From: an uncultured virus (IMG/VR IMGVR_UViG_3300033998_000157)
Lineage: Duplodnaviria > Heunggongvirae > Uroviricota > Caudoviricetes
Length of the DNA stretch: 64,000 nucleotides
Direction: 5' to 3' (one strand)
Virus record (IMG/VR): IMGVR_UViG_3300033998_000157
Shown here: positions 43,325 through 55,403 of the stretch, piece by piece
How the letters are laid out: the number at the start of each line of letters is the position of its first letter
Numbering within the stretch: position 1 is the first letter of the stretch
Program-made: the position numbers and the translations under genes
Notes under the pieces: generated by a model
Seen by the model: only the letters and a program-made list of their open reading frames with translations
Databases searched by the model: none
What the model was told of the DNA's origin: nothing

Positions 43325-45388
43325 ATGTAGATTCTTTCGAATGATATAGTAACAATTTACTCATAGACAGGATTAAATGATGGCGTCCCAGCGAATACAA
43401 CTATCGCTGGGGCTAAAACTTACACATTTAATTCTGATTATGAATATTCATCTGGTGTACTTGAAATTAAGGTTAATGACGCCGAAGGTGGTATACGTGT
43501 TGGTTTTAATAATGAAGAATTAAGGGTTTTAAAAGATGATGACGTCGCAACAACAACTTATACAATTAAACTGCCTCGTATAATTAAAGGAACAAATACA
43601 ATACATATATGGTCTGTTAGCGGAGACAGATAGTCAGTAAAAGAAATATTTGTTAAAGTTGGAGTTAAATAGTAGATAGCAAGAAGTGGCAAAATAAACA
43701 GAATTATACAAAAAGTTCAATAGTTATATAATTTTTATGGAACTACAACGATTGAAGGCGTTTCAAATTTGCCTCAAATACCAAAATTGGTTGGCAAAAA
43801 AACAAAAATAGCCAAATCAAAAATAGACGAAGTTAAAAGTTTTGTTTCATCAAATTTCGGAAGCTTTACATGTCATTATGATAGCGAAACAATTATTAAT
43901 GATGAAGTTCTAAACCAAGTTTATGCAAAAATTAAAAATTATTTACCAAATTAGGGTTGTTATGTATGCGATTATTATAACACTTGCTCGTGCGATAACA
44001 CATGTAATGCATTTTCTTGTCAATGCTATATATAGAGATATGGTCACGCAACATGTTATTGTAATAATAGTTAGCATGGTTATTCTTGTTCGTGCTATAA
44101 TGTATCGTATGGAGGTACTTGTGATTGTTTTTACGCAACATATGATACATGTTATTGTCATTATGCTTGTTATCAAGATGGTGTAACAAGATGTCAATGC
44201 AACGGGACATGCGACTCAGTAACTACATGTTCTTCTGGGCTTTATTTGTGTAATTGTAATGGTGTGTGTGATACAGATAACGGGTGTTCTTGTTTCTTTG
44301 CATCAGATGGAGATACATGTAGTTGTAATTCTGGTTGTAACAGTGGTTACTCAACTTGTTCTTGTGATTACACATGTTATGGTTATTCTGTCTGTAGTTG
44401 CAATAGTAGATGCTATTTGTATTCTGGTTGTAGTTGCAATAATACGTGTCATGGTTATTCGACTTGTTCTTGTAATTATACATCTTATAATTCTCCATGT
44501 ACATGTTTTTTGTAGTGTTATGGATATTCTGATTGTAGTTGTAATAATACATGTTATTCTTACTCCAGCTGTAGTTGCGATAATAAATGTTATCGTTATT
44601 CTGGTTGTAGTTGCAATAATACGTGTCATGGTTATTCTTGTACTTGTAACGGCAGTTGTAACTCTGGTTATAGTTGCATGTGTAATGAATAGTGTTATAA
44701 TGACGATTCTTGTTTTGGATACTCTGATACAATATGTGATTGCAACGGCACGACATACACAATTGGGTGTGATTGTAACGGAAACTATATGATTGATGGT
44801 TGTTCGTGTGACGGCAGATGTTATGTTTATGACTTAACATGTGGTGGAGGAGCGTGTTATAACTATAACAAATGTTCATGCGATAATGAATGCCATGGTT
44901 TTATTTGTTCTTGTGATATTGCGTGTTACGGTTATGATCCATGCGATTGTGACATGAAAGCTTATAACTATAGTTGTTCATGCGATTATAAATGTTATTC
45001 ATTCTCATGTTAGAAATGCCATTCTGCTAATTATTCATGTAGTTCATTCACTTATAATTGTTCATGTGATACAGCATGTTATGCATATGAATATTGTCCG
45101 ACACATAACACGTGTTCAAACTATAGTGAATGTTAGTGTTATTCGATTTGCGACAATGATTAGTCTAATCAGGTTCAAACTTGTTCCAGTTATTCTGAAT
45201 GTGCATGTTATAATTTAAGTGACAGTAGTTGTTATAGCGATCATGTGTGTTCTTCAGACGGAACAAATTCTTGTCCAAACAATACTGGTTCCGATTTATG
45301 TCAAAGTTATTGTGGTACGTTTACAAGTTAGGGAAGTTCTTAGGTAACTTGTTCTATTGATGGTTTAAGTTGTACAGTAGGAGGATAA
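43325..45388 (+). CDS. Cys-rich repeat protein (687 aa): beta-rich N-domain plus ~475 aa of CxCxxxC(Y) repeats
   Basis: GAGGTGA RBS and ATG-TAG start; joins track ORFs 43769, 44246 and 44789; repeats such as CSCDYTCYGYS and CSCNNTCHGYS; TAA 45386-45388. Confidence 0.85.
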
Positions 45389-45415
45389 TATTAATAACAT
45401 AAGGAGGCGACCAAC

Positions 45416-47014
45416 GTGGATAAACCTTTTATTCTTGGTAAAAAAGGAAAAACTTTGGTTGAATTAGGAACACATACAACTAATTTGAGTATTGATTTGA
45501 CTGAAGGTTGTAGTTTAAGATGTAAATACTGTTTTGCAGATTTTTAGGCAAAGAAAAGGGAAGACAGAAAATTAACAGAAGAAGTAATGAAGGCAGCGAT
45601 AGATTGGTTGTTCGACGACGGAACTTCTGGAACTGTAGAAGAAGTTAATAGAATGGGCGGTTTGAGCTTCGAACCATGGGGAGGCGAACCGCTCCATAAT
45701 TTCGAGATGTTACAAAAAACATATGAATATTTTGTTCAAAAATCCAAAGAAACTGGTAAAAAAATAAGACACATTGGTGGAACAACAAACGGTATTGAAT
45801 TTACAGAAGAAAGATTAAAATGGATGAAAGAAAGAAATATTACATGGCTTATATCTATGGATGGAATAAAAGAAAATCATGATTCCCAAAGAGTTTTACC
45901 AAATGGAAAAGGTAGTTTCGATATTATTGATAAAAATATAGATCTATACAAAAAAGTTTATGGTTATGCACCACAATTAAGAATGTCCTTACACCCTGAT
46001 TATATTAATAATTTATATAAAAGTTATGAATATGTTCTTGGTAAAGGTATCAAATCATATTTCTTCTCACCAGTATATGAAGCAAATTGGACTGAGGAAA
46101 GTTATAAAGAATTGGAAGAACAACTTGTAAAATTGTATGAAAAATTAATAATAGATTATAAAAACGGTTTTCCAGTAATAGAAAACAAATTTGTTGATGA
46201 CATGATACATTACATTTTGGAAGCAAGAAGACTTGGTGTTAATTTAGATGAGATAGAAAAAACTGGTTCGTACGATCTAAACCTTAACTCGCTATCTAAA
46301 GGAATGCACTTGCCAAAACCTTGTGGTGCTGGTAGCACATATTTTGGAGTAAGCGTTGAAGGACAAATATTTATATGTCATAGATTTAACAAACACGGAT
46401 TGGATCCAAATAAAATTCCATTTGAAAAAAGATATGGTTGGTTAGGTAATGTTTGGGAAGGAATGCATAACATAGAATTGTTTAACGAATTAAAAAATTG
46501 GGATGTAAAAGAATTAGAACATTGTAAATACTGTAAATTAAAATATTATTGTAAAGGTTCTTGTTATGCTTCTAACTACGATAATTCTGGTGATATTAAA
46601 GGTAAAAATGATAAATCATGTAAAGTTAATTTTGCATTGTATAACGCAGCACTAAGAATAATTGATTTGTTTAAACAACATGGCATGTACGATGAACGAA
46701 ATCATCAAATTATATATCCTCAAAATAATCAATATAACAATGCAATATATATAGGAAAACATGGGCAACAATTTGATTCATGTATGTGTAACAATTCAAC
46801 ATATTATTTTGACGGATTAAATAAATTGCTTTCAGACGAAACACCTCAAACAAGAGAAGAATTAAGAATGCAAATAATCGACGCAGGCATTCACGCTTTA
46901 TTAGACACTTATAATGAAATAAGAAGGAATATGAATATTAATAATAGCAACAATGCAAAAACTCAAAACGCAAATAAAAAATTACAATTTAATGTGCATT
47001 TACCAAATGTATAA
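45416..47014 (+). CDS. Radical SAM/SPASM-domain maturase (anSME/ranthipeptide-maturase-like, 532 aa)
   Basis: AAGGAGG RBS and GTG 45416; CSLRCKYC (CxxxCxxC); WGGEPL; ISMDG; SPASM cysteines CGAG...ICHRF...CKYC...CKGSC...C; one TAG at 45545-45547. Confidence 0.93.
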
Positions 47015-47031
47015 TAAGGAGGGTCGCGACC

Positions 47032-47295
47032 ATGAATTTTGACGTCAAATTTCAAATCAACGAAGATGATTTAACACAATATATAACAGAGTTCTTGTTT
47101 GTTGATAGAAGAACTTATTACGAATATTCAATTATATTAGACAAATATTACATTTTAAGTCCTTATCCAAAAGATTCATAGATAACACTAATATTAAACG
47201 ATCAAGTAATTTTTGACAAAAACACAAATGTTGATTTTGAAATTGTTGTTAGGGAAACAGGTTCAACAGTAAGAATAAGAATTAACAAATAGTAA
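47032..47295 (+). CDS. Hypothetical protein (87 aa), last gene of the Cys-rich/radical SAM unit
   Basis: AAGGAGG RBS and ATG 47032; ends TAG-TAA just before a terminator. Confidence 0.65.
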
Positions 47296-47328
47296 AAGCT
47301 GGGTAATTAACCCAGCTTTTTGTTAATT
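47294..47328 (+). terminator. Intrinsic terminator fused to TTGTTAATT
   Basis: AAAAGCTGGGT-AATTA-ACCCAGCTTTT, continuing into TGTTAATT. Confidence 0.85.
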
Positions 47329-47361
47329 TAATATAGAAAAGAAAAAAGAGAGGTGTTCTAA

Positions 47362-50300
47362 GTGTCTATTTTCATAAACGACTATAATGCTATTTATTCT
47401 TTATTTAGCAAAGTAGTTCCATATTAGGGGTAGAAATATTCTCAGTTGATAGAACCAGCGACAACTAATTTGATTGGTAATGGAGATCTTACTTTAGATT
47501 CAAATTAGGATAATATTCCAGATTTTTTCAACCCTGCTACTCTCACATATATAAATGATAGTGATATCTTCTCTAAAAGTTATCAGGTGCTAAATTTTGC
47601 AACACAAAAAGGGTTTTATGTAAATATCACAAACAAATCTACTCAGGTAACATCTTATTCATAGTTGCAAATATATTCAAATAATTTCAATATTTCATAG
47701 AATCAAACCTATACACTTTCATTTGAAGCATTAAATAATAATGCTACTATAATTGTTTTTGCAGAAGTATATAATAGTTCTAACACATTATTACAAAATA
47801 CGCAATTAAACTTATCAGAAGTATTATCAATGAATGATAATTCAAAAATATACGCAGGAACGTTTACAACTCCTGCCAATTCTTCTTATGTAAAATTCAA
47901 GTTTCAAATTCAAATACCTCAAAAACAAAGTGGTAATTCATTAATCAATCACATTCAATTAGAAAATAGATCTTACTGGACAACATTCTAGAGTCCTTCA
48001 AAACCAGCTGGGTTAATAATCACAGATTTAGGCGACCATGTTTCTTTAACAAACACAGGATATTTCTATATTCCACCTTCCAAAAAACAAAATTATGATG
48101 CGGTTCTCATTTCTATAGGAAAACCATTTAATAATAATAGTATTACATTATATTTTGAAAACTCATATTAGACATTAGCTCTAAAAGTAATAGATAATAC
48201 AGGATAGATATAGTATGAATATCATAATATTTCATATGATCCTTCGTGGAATTTCTTTTAGCTTGCTTATCAACAAAATGGTTCAGGCATGGATATTAAA
48301 TTATTTATCAATAGCACAAAGGTGTTAGAACACAATATTGCTTCTATTAATTGGGATTACGATAATTAGTCATTTAAAAAAGCATATATAGGACATAGTT
48401 ACTCAGGTTCTACATAGGTAAATCAATTAAATGGTTTTGTATCTGCACTTAGAGGTATAGGTGGATATTTCACTGATAGCAAAATTCTTGATATATATAA
48501 CAACCAAAAAATATATTCTTCAACAAGAAGTTTAGTAAGGTCATAGGAAGTAAACGCAACAATGCTCGGAGGTCTTTCTCCAACGGAATTTGCTACAGCT
48601 ACACATTCTCATGATGATAGATATTACGTTAAAGCCGAATAGGACGACAGGTTTGTAAATGTAACAGGAGATACAATTACAGGGTCTTTAACAATAGATG
48701 GTTCTCTTTCTGTAAAAGGTGGAATAAATACAAATAATACAGATATTACAGTTAATAATGTAAATATAGTTGATCCAGGGCCAGGCGAAGGTATTAAATG
48801 GCTCGCTGGAAACGGGTGGGCTATATATGAAAGCCCTAATGATTTAACAACAAACAGTGCTGGTAATTTACAATTTGTAAAAGGAAGTTCGAGGATACTT
48901 ACATTAGACACAAATGGAGATGCAGAATTTACAGGGAATATTATAGTGCAAAAAGACATAAAAACTGGTGCCGATACTTTTATATGGACTAATAATAGCG
49001 GAAGCGGTTATACAGGATTTTGGGATCAAAAAAATTCTAAAATTTTACTCAAAGTAACTGAAGGCGGAACAATTCAATTAGGCGATTAGAATCAAAATTA
49101 GTCCGTAAGTGTGTTAGGTTCATTAAATATCAAAACAAGTGGTAGTTCTAATTATATCAGTATTTATACAGAAACTGGAACTTAGAAAATTGCAGATACT
49201 TTTGCAGATACAACTACACATAAATCATATATATATTTCTATCAAGTGTCAGGTTCAAATGACCCTGCATATATAATGCACGAGACATCAGAAACTGCAG
49301 GTGAAGCAAACGAAGGAGTATTACATTTATGTCCTTCTGATGATAATGCATATGGAGATTATGTTTCTATACACGGAACTAATGACCCAGATGTATTAAA
49401 GCTACATACAGACGGAACTATAGAAGGAGTGAAGAGTTTAACTGCTTCTGAATTAATTAAAGGAAAAACTTTGCAATCTACAGTAGCTACAGGAACTGCT
49501 CCTTTAACAGTTTAGTCAACTACTGTAGTTACAAATTTAAATTCTGATATGTTAGATGGATTACATTCATCATAGTTTTTAAGCAGTAATACAGATAGTG
49601 AACAAACAATAGGCGGTAAAATATTTTACTTTAATAATGGCGAAATGAAAATAAACGTGGATCCAAGATGGAATTCTGATAGTGTCGGTACTAATAACGG
49701 TAATTTACATATATGGGCAACAAAAGCTGATGGAAGTACTTATGGACAAGCAGGTATAGCTTTATATAACGGTACTAATGGAAAATATCACTATATAATG
49801 GCACAATCTGGATATTGGACAAGATTTCAAAACCCTAATGGTTATATTGATATTGGACCATCAAATACATTATATGCACATATTTATACAGATAGACCTG
49901 CATTTTATTTTAATAAAGAATTGTATGTAAACAATAATATAGTATGGCATTCTGGAAATGACGGACATACAACAGACAATTCTGGGCCAGACGCAGATAT
50001 GTTAGATGGTATGCAACCTTCATCTTCAAACACTTAGAACACTATTGTTCAAAGAGATGCTTCTGGTAATTTTTCATAGGGAACAATAACTGCAACATTA
50101 AACGGTAATGCTTCTACATAGAGCAAACTCGCTACTTAGAGAACAATTAGTTTAGGCGGAGATTTGTCTGGTTCAGCAAGTTTTGATGGTTCTTAGAATA
50201 TAACAATAACCGCTGATGTAAAATACACAGTAATTACAGAAACATTAGCAAATTAGTTATAGTAGAATACAAACCATGATGTTTAGAATGCAAAATTCGA

Positions 50301-50439
50301 AAGTGGCGAAATAACAGTTGTTAGAGATGGAATACATCAAATTGAAGGAATTGATTACATAATAGTAGATTAGAATACTATAAAATTTACTTATAGCATA
50401 CCTTCCGGATCTGTTATTCAATATAGATACATAGGTTGA
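47362..50439 (+). CDS. Tail fibre protein with CBM/LamG-like N-terminus (~1025 aa)
   Basis: GAGGTG RBS and GTG start; IEPATTNL; HSHDDRYY; VATGTAPLTV*STTVVTNLNSDMLDG; GNAST*SKLAT*RTI; TGA 50437-50439. Confidence 0.85.
49307..49445 (+). repeat. 139-nt exact repeat, copy 1
   Basis: Identical by eye to 59504-59642 (encodes NEGVLHLCPSDDNAYGDYVSIHGTNDPDVLKLHTDGTIEGVKSLTA). Confidence 0.85.
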
Positions 50440-50451
50440 TGAGGTGATATG

Positions 50452-52842
50452 ATGGCAACACTTACAAGTGTAAAATAGGGAAATTGGAATGATCCAACTG
50501 TTTGGGATTAGGGAAGAGTTCCAACCACAGGCGATGACGTAGTTATCAATCATGACGTGGTTTATAATATAAATGATACAAATACAAGATTAAATCTTAT
50601 AACCATAAATTCAAGCGGTGTATTAAGACACGCAGAAGGAATACAAACTGGAATATTTGTATGGCGATTAGATATAAAAGGCGGGGAATATAGAATGACC
50701 CCGCTCTCTTATCACAAGATATATAGAAACAATTCATATGATGACGCAAGTACAGGTAGAATTTGGCTTTATACAGACAATAACGGAAAACTAATTATGA
50801 AAGGTGATGTTTAGGAGGCATATACTACATTAACTTAGCAATAGAACGTTAATCAAGCTTATCTACAAGTATAGGATTCATCTAAATTTTCTATAGATGA
50901 TATCGTGCTTGTATATAAAGATACAAATTCTATATATGACGAAGAAGACGAAGCTTTCTTTGTAAATTATGTAGAAACTGGAAAAATATATATGAGAAAA
51001 TTAGTTGGACCAAGCGTTACATTAACATAGAGTTAGAACGCCGGATAGACAGTAATTTCAGTAGATAATTAGAGAAAATTTCTCGACGTTAAGTATGCGA
51101 TAGTTTATAATTCAAATAAAGTAATAACGATAAATTCAGTAGATGTAATAAATAATAAATTAAATGTAAATTAGCTTCCGTGGACTTTATCTTCTGGAAC
51201 AGTATTATACGAAACAGGTTTTGATAAAACTCACAGTAATGGAACAGAAGTATATAGACTATAGGCTACTTTAACTTCATAGATAAACTCTGGATAGACA
51301 ACTATAACCGTATCTGGTGTCGGAGGATTTGCTATAGGAGATGAAATTTGGATTGAAGATACCACGTGGAGTGGAGAAACAAGACGTGAAGGTTGGTTTG
51401 CTACAATTTCTTAGATTAATGGAAAAACTTTGACTCTGTCAAATATTTTTAGAAGAAATTATCAAACTATTACAAATCTTTCCAATATAGATAGAAATAT
51501 AGAAAAAGGATAGTTAGTTGTAAAAGTGAATAGAAATTGTGTTGTAGAAGGCGAATTTGGAGATGGTGGACCACATATTCATGTTCATTATACATCTTCA
51601 TACACAAATAGAATAGTAGATATTCAAGATGTTCAATTCAAAAATCTTGGTGGTTGTGACCATTATTATTACAGAGGAATAAGAATTAGAGGGTATTTTA
51701 ATGGTTCTAATGGATATGTGAAATTTCAAAGAAATTCTTATATAGACCTAAATAAAAAATGGGATTGGGACGGAATAAATTTCTGGACTTAGTATTGTGG
51801 TATTAGACCGATTAGAGCTAATTTTATGTGGGGTTCACAATTTAACGGCATGGATGGATCTCATCAAAGCGGTGCATGGTATGGAAATATATCTTAGTTT
51901 ACTAATAGTATAGGTATAAGAACTGTTTATAATAATGACGCATTTAAAGTTTCGTATAATATAGTAACGCAATCAGGTTATGGATTATTTGTAAACGCAC
52001 ATTATTCAGAAAGAATTCCTAACATGAGAACAGACTACTGGACTAATAAAGTTGAACACAATATATTTAGGTTTGTTAGAGATTTCATCTATATGGATGT
52101 AAATGATAGAGGCACCCAATATTCATTTAGAAGAATACATTTGTACAAGCCGTATTATTAGCCAGTACATCCTTTATACAACAACGAAAAAACATTCATC
52201 ATTGATAGTATTGTCGAATAGCCTGCAAATCCAAATCCAGATAGAACTGGTGGTTATTAGACAACTGGTGACAGAACATATTCTAACGTTGGTATAGTAT
52301 TCTTAAATCAAGATTTCGAAGGTAAAACAATTTGGTATAAGGGTAGAAGTGTATATTATTTAGAAGATCTGAACGGAAGACCTATAATTAGATATAGAAA
52401 AAGAAATACAGGAGAATGGGATGGGTTGATTCAACAAGTATATTTGACAAAAGGTTCAAAAGTTATAGTGCAAGGGAATTTAAAAACCACGACAGATTAT
52501 AATGGATCAACTCCAAAAATAAGAGTATTTTCACCATTCTTTGACAATCCACAAGATTTTACTATAAGCAATTTCGCGAAAGGTGCATGGATACATTACA
52601 AACACGAATTTACATAGCAACATAACGGATTTTATTTTATCTCGCTTCTATTTAATCATGATAACAAAGATGTATGGCTTACAATACCTAACATAAAAAT
52701 ATATGGATATGAAGCTGTTCAAGTGTTTTTGGATGATCAAATTGTTGCAAACATAAGAGAAATAGCTCATTTTGATAGAAATATTAATTTCACGCAAGCC
52801 TTTGGAATGAAGCTAAAGGGCGGATATTTAGGAGGTAGATGA
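50452..52842 (+). CDS. G8-like domain / putative beta-helix tailspike (796 aa)
   Basis: MATLTSVK*GNWNDPTVWD*GRVPTTGDDVVI is G8-like; VVKVNRNCVVEG...IQDVQFKNLG follows the G8/beta-helix pattern; TGA 52840-52842. Confidence 0.7.
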
Positions 52843-52843
52843 T

Positions 52844-55399
52844 ATGCCTACTAATGTTAGATTAGTCGATGGACAAGAGTTACAAATATTCAGTTAGGGA
52901 AACTCAAAAGTTTCTTTATTACGAACTGAATCAGATAGATTTTCTATATTATTCGGTAATGATCCTTCTTCTGCTACAGAAGTATTCTCTGTATCAGATT
53001 AGGATAATGATATTATTCTTTCTGCTGGTACTGACTTATTCTTTGAAAGTAACGCAACTATTGGTGGAGTAACTGGTTCAACACTTAATATTGGTAAAAC
53101 TGGAGATACTATAAATCTTAATATACCAAATGTTACATACAATGTAGGAAATATGAGCGGTAATTTGACCTTAGATGGTCAGTTATCGCTCAATGGTGTT
53201 ATTAAATTCGATGGAACTCCTACTACAACATCACAAAATTTAGGTATCGAATGGACTGCTTTCGATAAAGAAGGAACAACTGATTTTTCAGACACAGCAC
53301 ATATTAAACACGTTGTAAATTCTGGCGGATTATCAGGTTCTGTATTAGAAATAAAATCAATGAACGACACAAATGATGGTATTAATTTCGTAACTAATGG
53401 AAATAATAATGTAAGAATAAACGGAAATGTCATTTGGAATTAGGGGAATGATGGAAGTGGTTCAGGATTAGATGCCGATTTATTAGATGGCTTACACGCT
53501 TCATCTTTTTTAAGAAGCGATTAGGATGATACTTTGTCTGGAAAAATCACAGTAACTGGTTTATTAAGATTGCAAGGACAACATGATAATGCAGATGGTT
53601 CAGATAGATCTGGTTATTGGTAGTATGATGGTAATGTAGCTTTGACATTAGAGCCAACTTCTGATAATGGAGCAGTTGCTATATTATTCCCTTCATATGG
53701 AAACAAACCTTCTGATTTTGCATATATTGTGTATGATGAGGACTACTTAGATAATGGAGAAGGCGGAGCTTTAATATTAGGAGCAGAAAATGATGGAACT
53801 GGTAGTTCTGACCATGTAAGAGTAAAAAGTAGATTTGTAATTGAAGCAGATATGTCATCCTATGACCCAACAAACGCTTTTACAATCGAACAATCAAAAA
53901 ATGGAACGGTATTAATGAATGTTCAAAGAGATGGAAACAAATAGTATATTAAAGCAGGTACATATAATGTTATCTTTGAAGGTAGAAATACATGGGACGC
54001 TGATGGATCGACAATATATCCAACCATACATGGTTCGCACCAAGATGAATGGGTAATGTTACATTTCCCACATGTTCCATATCTTGAAAATGGCAAAGGC
54101 GGTTATAATGGTGTTACATTTGGATAGAGGGTTAGATTTGCAGCCAATGCTAACACACCCACTTACTGGGATTAGGGTATTTAGAGTTCAATAGGTTCTG
54201 ATAAATTTTCTATTTCAAGAGGCGGAAGTTCTACATAGTTCTTGTAGATAGACAGTTCTGGTAAAGTAGGTATAGGCAAAAACTCACCTTCTAAAACATT
54301 AGATGTATCTGGTGATATTCAATAGAGTGGTCAAATTATTTCAACCGTTTCTACTGGTACAGCTCCGCTTGCTGTAAGCAGTACAACAACAGTATCAAAT
54401 CTTAGTGCAGATATGGTTGATGGAGTACATTAGTCCAGCTTAGTTCGAAACGACACCACAACAACTATAAGTCACATAGGTCCATGGTTCAAATATACTG
54501 GTACGTCAGAAGTTATATTAGCAGAACACACTAACGGTGGTCCAGTTCCATTCTAGTTAAGAAAAACTGGAGATACTGGTACATCAGATTCATATGGAAT
54601 TCTCCATTTAGATAGAGGGAAGTCTGAGAATGGCCAAGGTTCAAACTTGTATTTCAGATTACTTAATGGTTCTTCGTATGAAGAATTTGGTGGAATTGGT
54701 TAGAAAAAAGTTGATGATAATAATGGAGAACTACAATTTTTGGTAAGAACTGGTGGGACAAGTAGAGTAAAAGTTGGATATTTTAACAAAGATAAATATT
54801 TGGTTTTAGAAAAAGGAATGTTAATAGACAACTCATAGCCTTATTTAAGAGTATGGAACACAAACAGCGGAACTTAGGATTTCTATTTTGGTGAAAGTTC
54901 AAGTAACGGATATGGACTACATTTATATTGGGATAGTGGATATACCACATATTGGAAGTCAAGGCACGCTGGTACAGATACAAATGTATTTCATATAGAC
55001 ACACGTTCTCCGGACCTTATAATGGATAGGCAAATTCAAACTAATACAGGTTCTTCTGGCGGTATTAAAATAGGTAATAGTATATTGTCTTCTGTAGATG
55101 GAAATGAATTAGTAATATACAAAACTGATCAGATAAGAATATCAGATTCAACATCATGGGATTATAACCAATGGGCTGGAATTAAATATGAATCCTCTAC
55201 AAGAAAAATGTATATAGGTGGTCCTTAGAGTTCTAAATTCGATAGTAATACAAACCCTCAAACAATGTAGGCTCTTGTATTAGATTAGGTTGATCAATTA
55301 GAAGCTTAGAATACAGATGCAACATTTAAATCTGTAACAGTTGGAAGTTTTCAAATTCAAGCCGATGCTGAATCGATAGATTTTGTGTATATGGGGTGA
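52844..55399 (+). CDS. Tail fibre protein (851 aa)
   Basis: IWN*GNDGSGSGLDADLLDGLHASSFLRSD; GKVGIGKNSPSKTLDVSG; VSTGTAPLAVSSTT; TGA 55397-55399. Confidence 0.85.
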
Positions 55400-55403
55400 T
55401 TGA

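Noticed and set aside
43923..44879. Several overlapping track ORFs (Val/Ile-rich, Thr-rich, Asn/His-rich)
   Set aside because: They are alternative-frame and antisense shadows of the low-complexity Cys-repeat gene.
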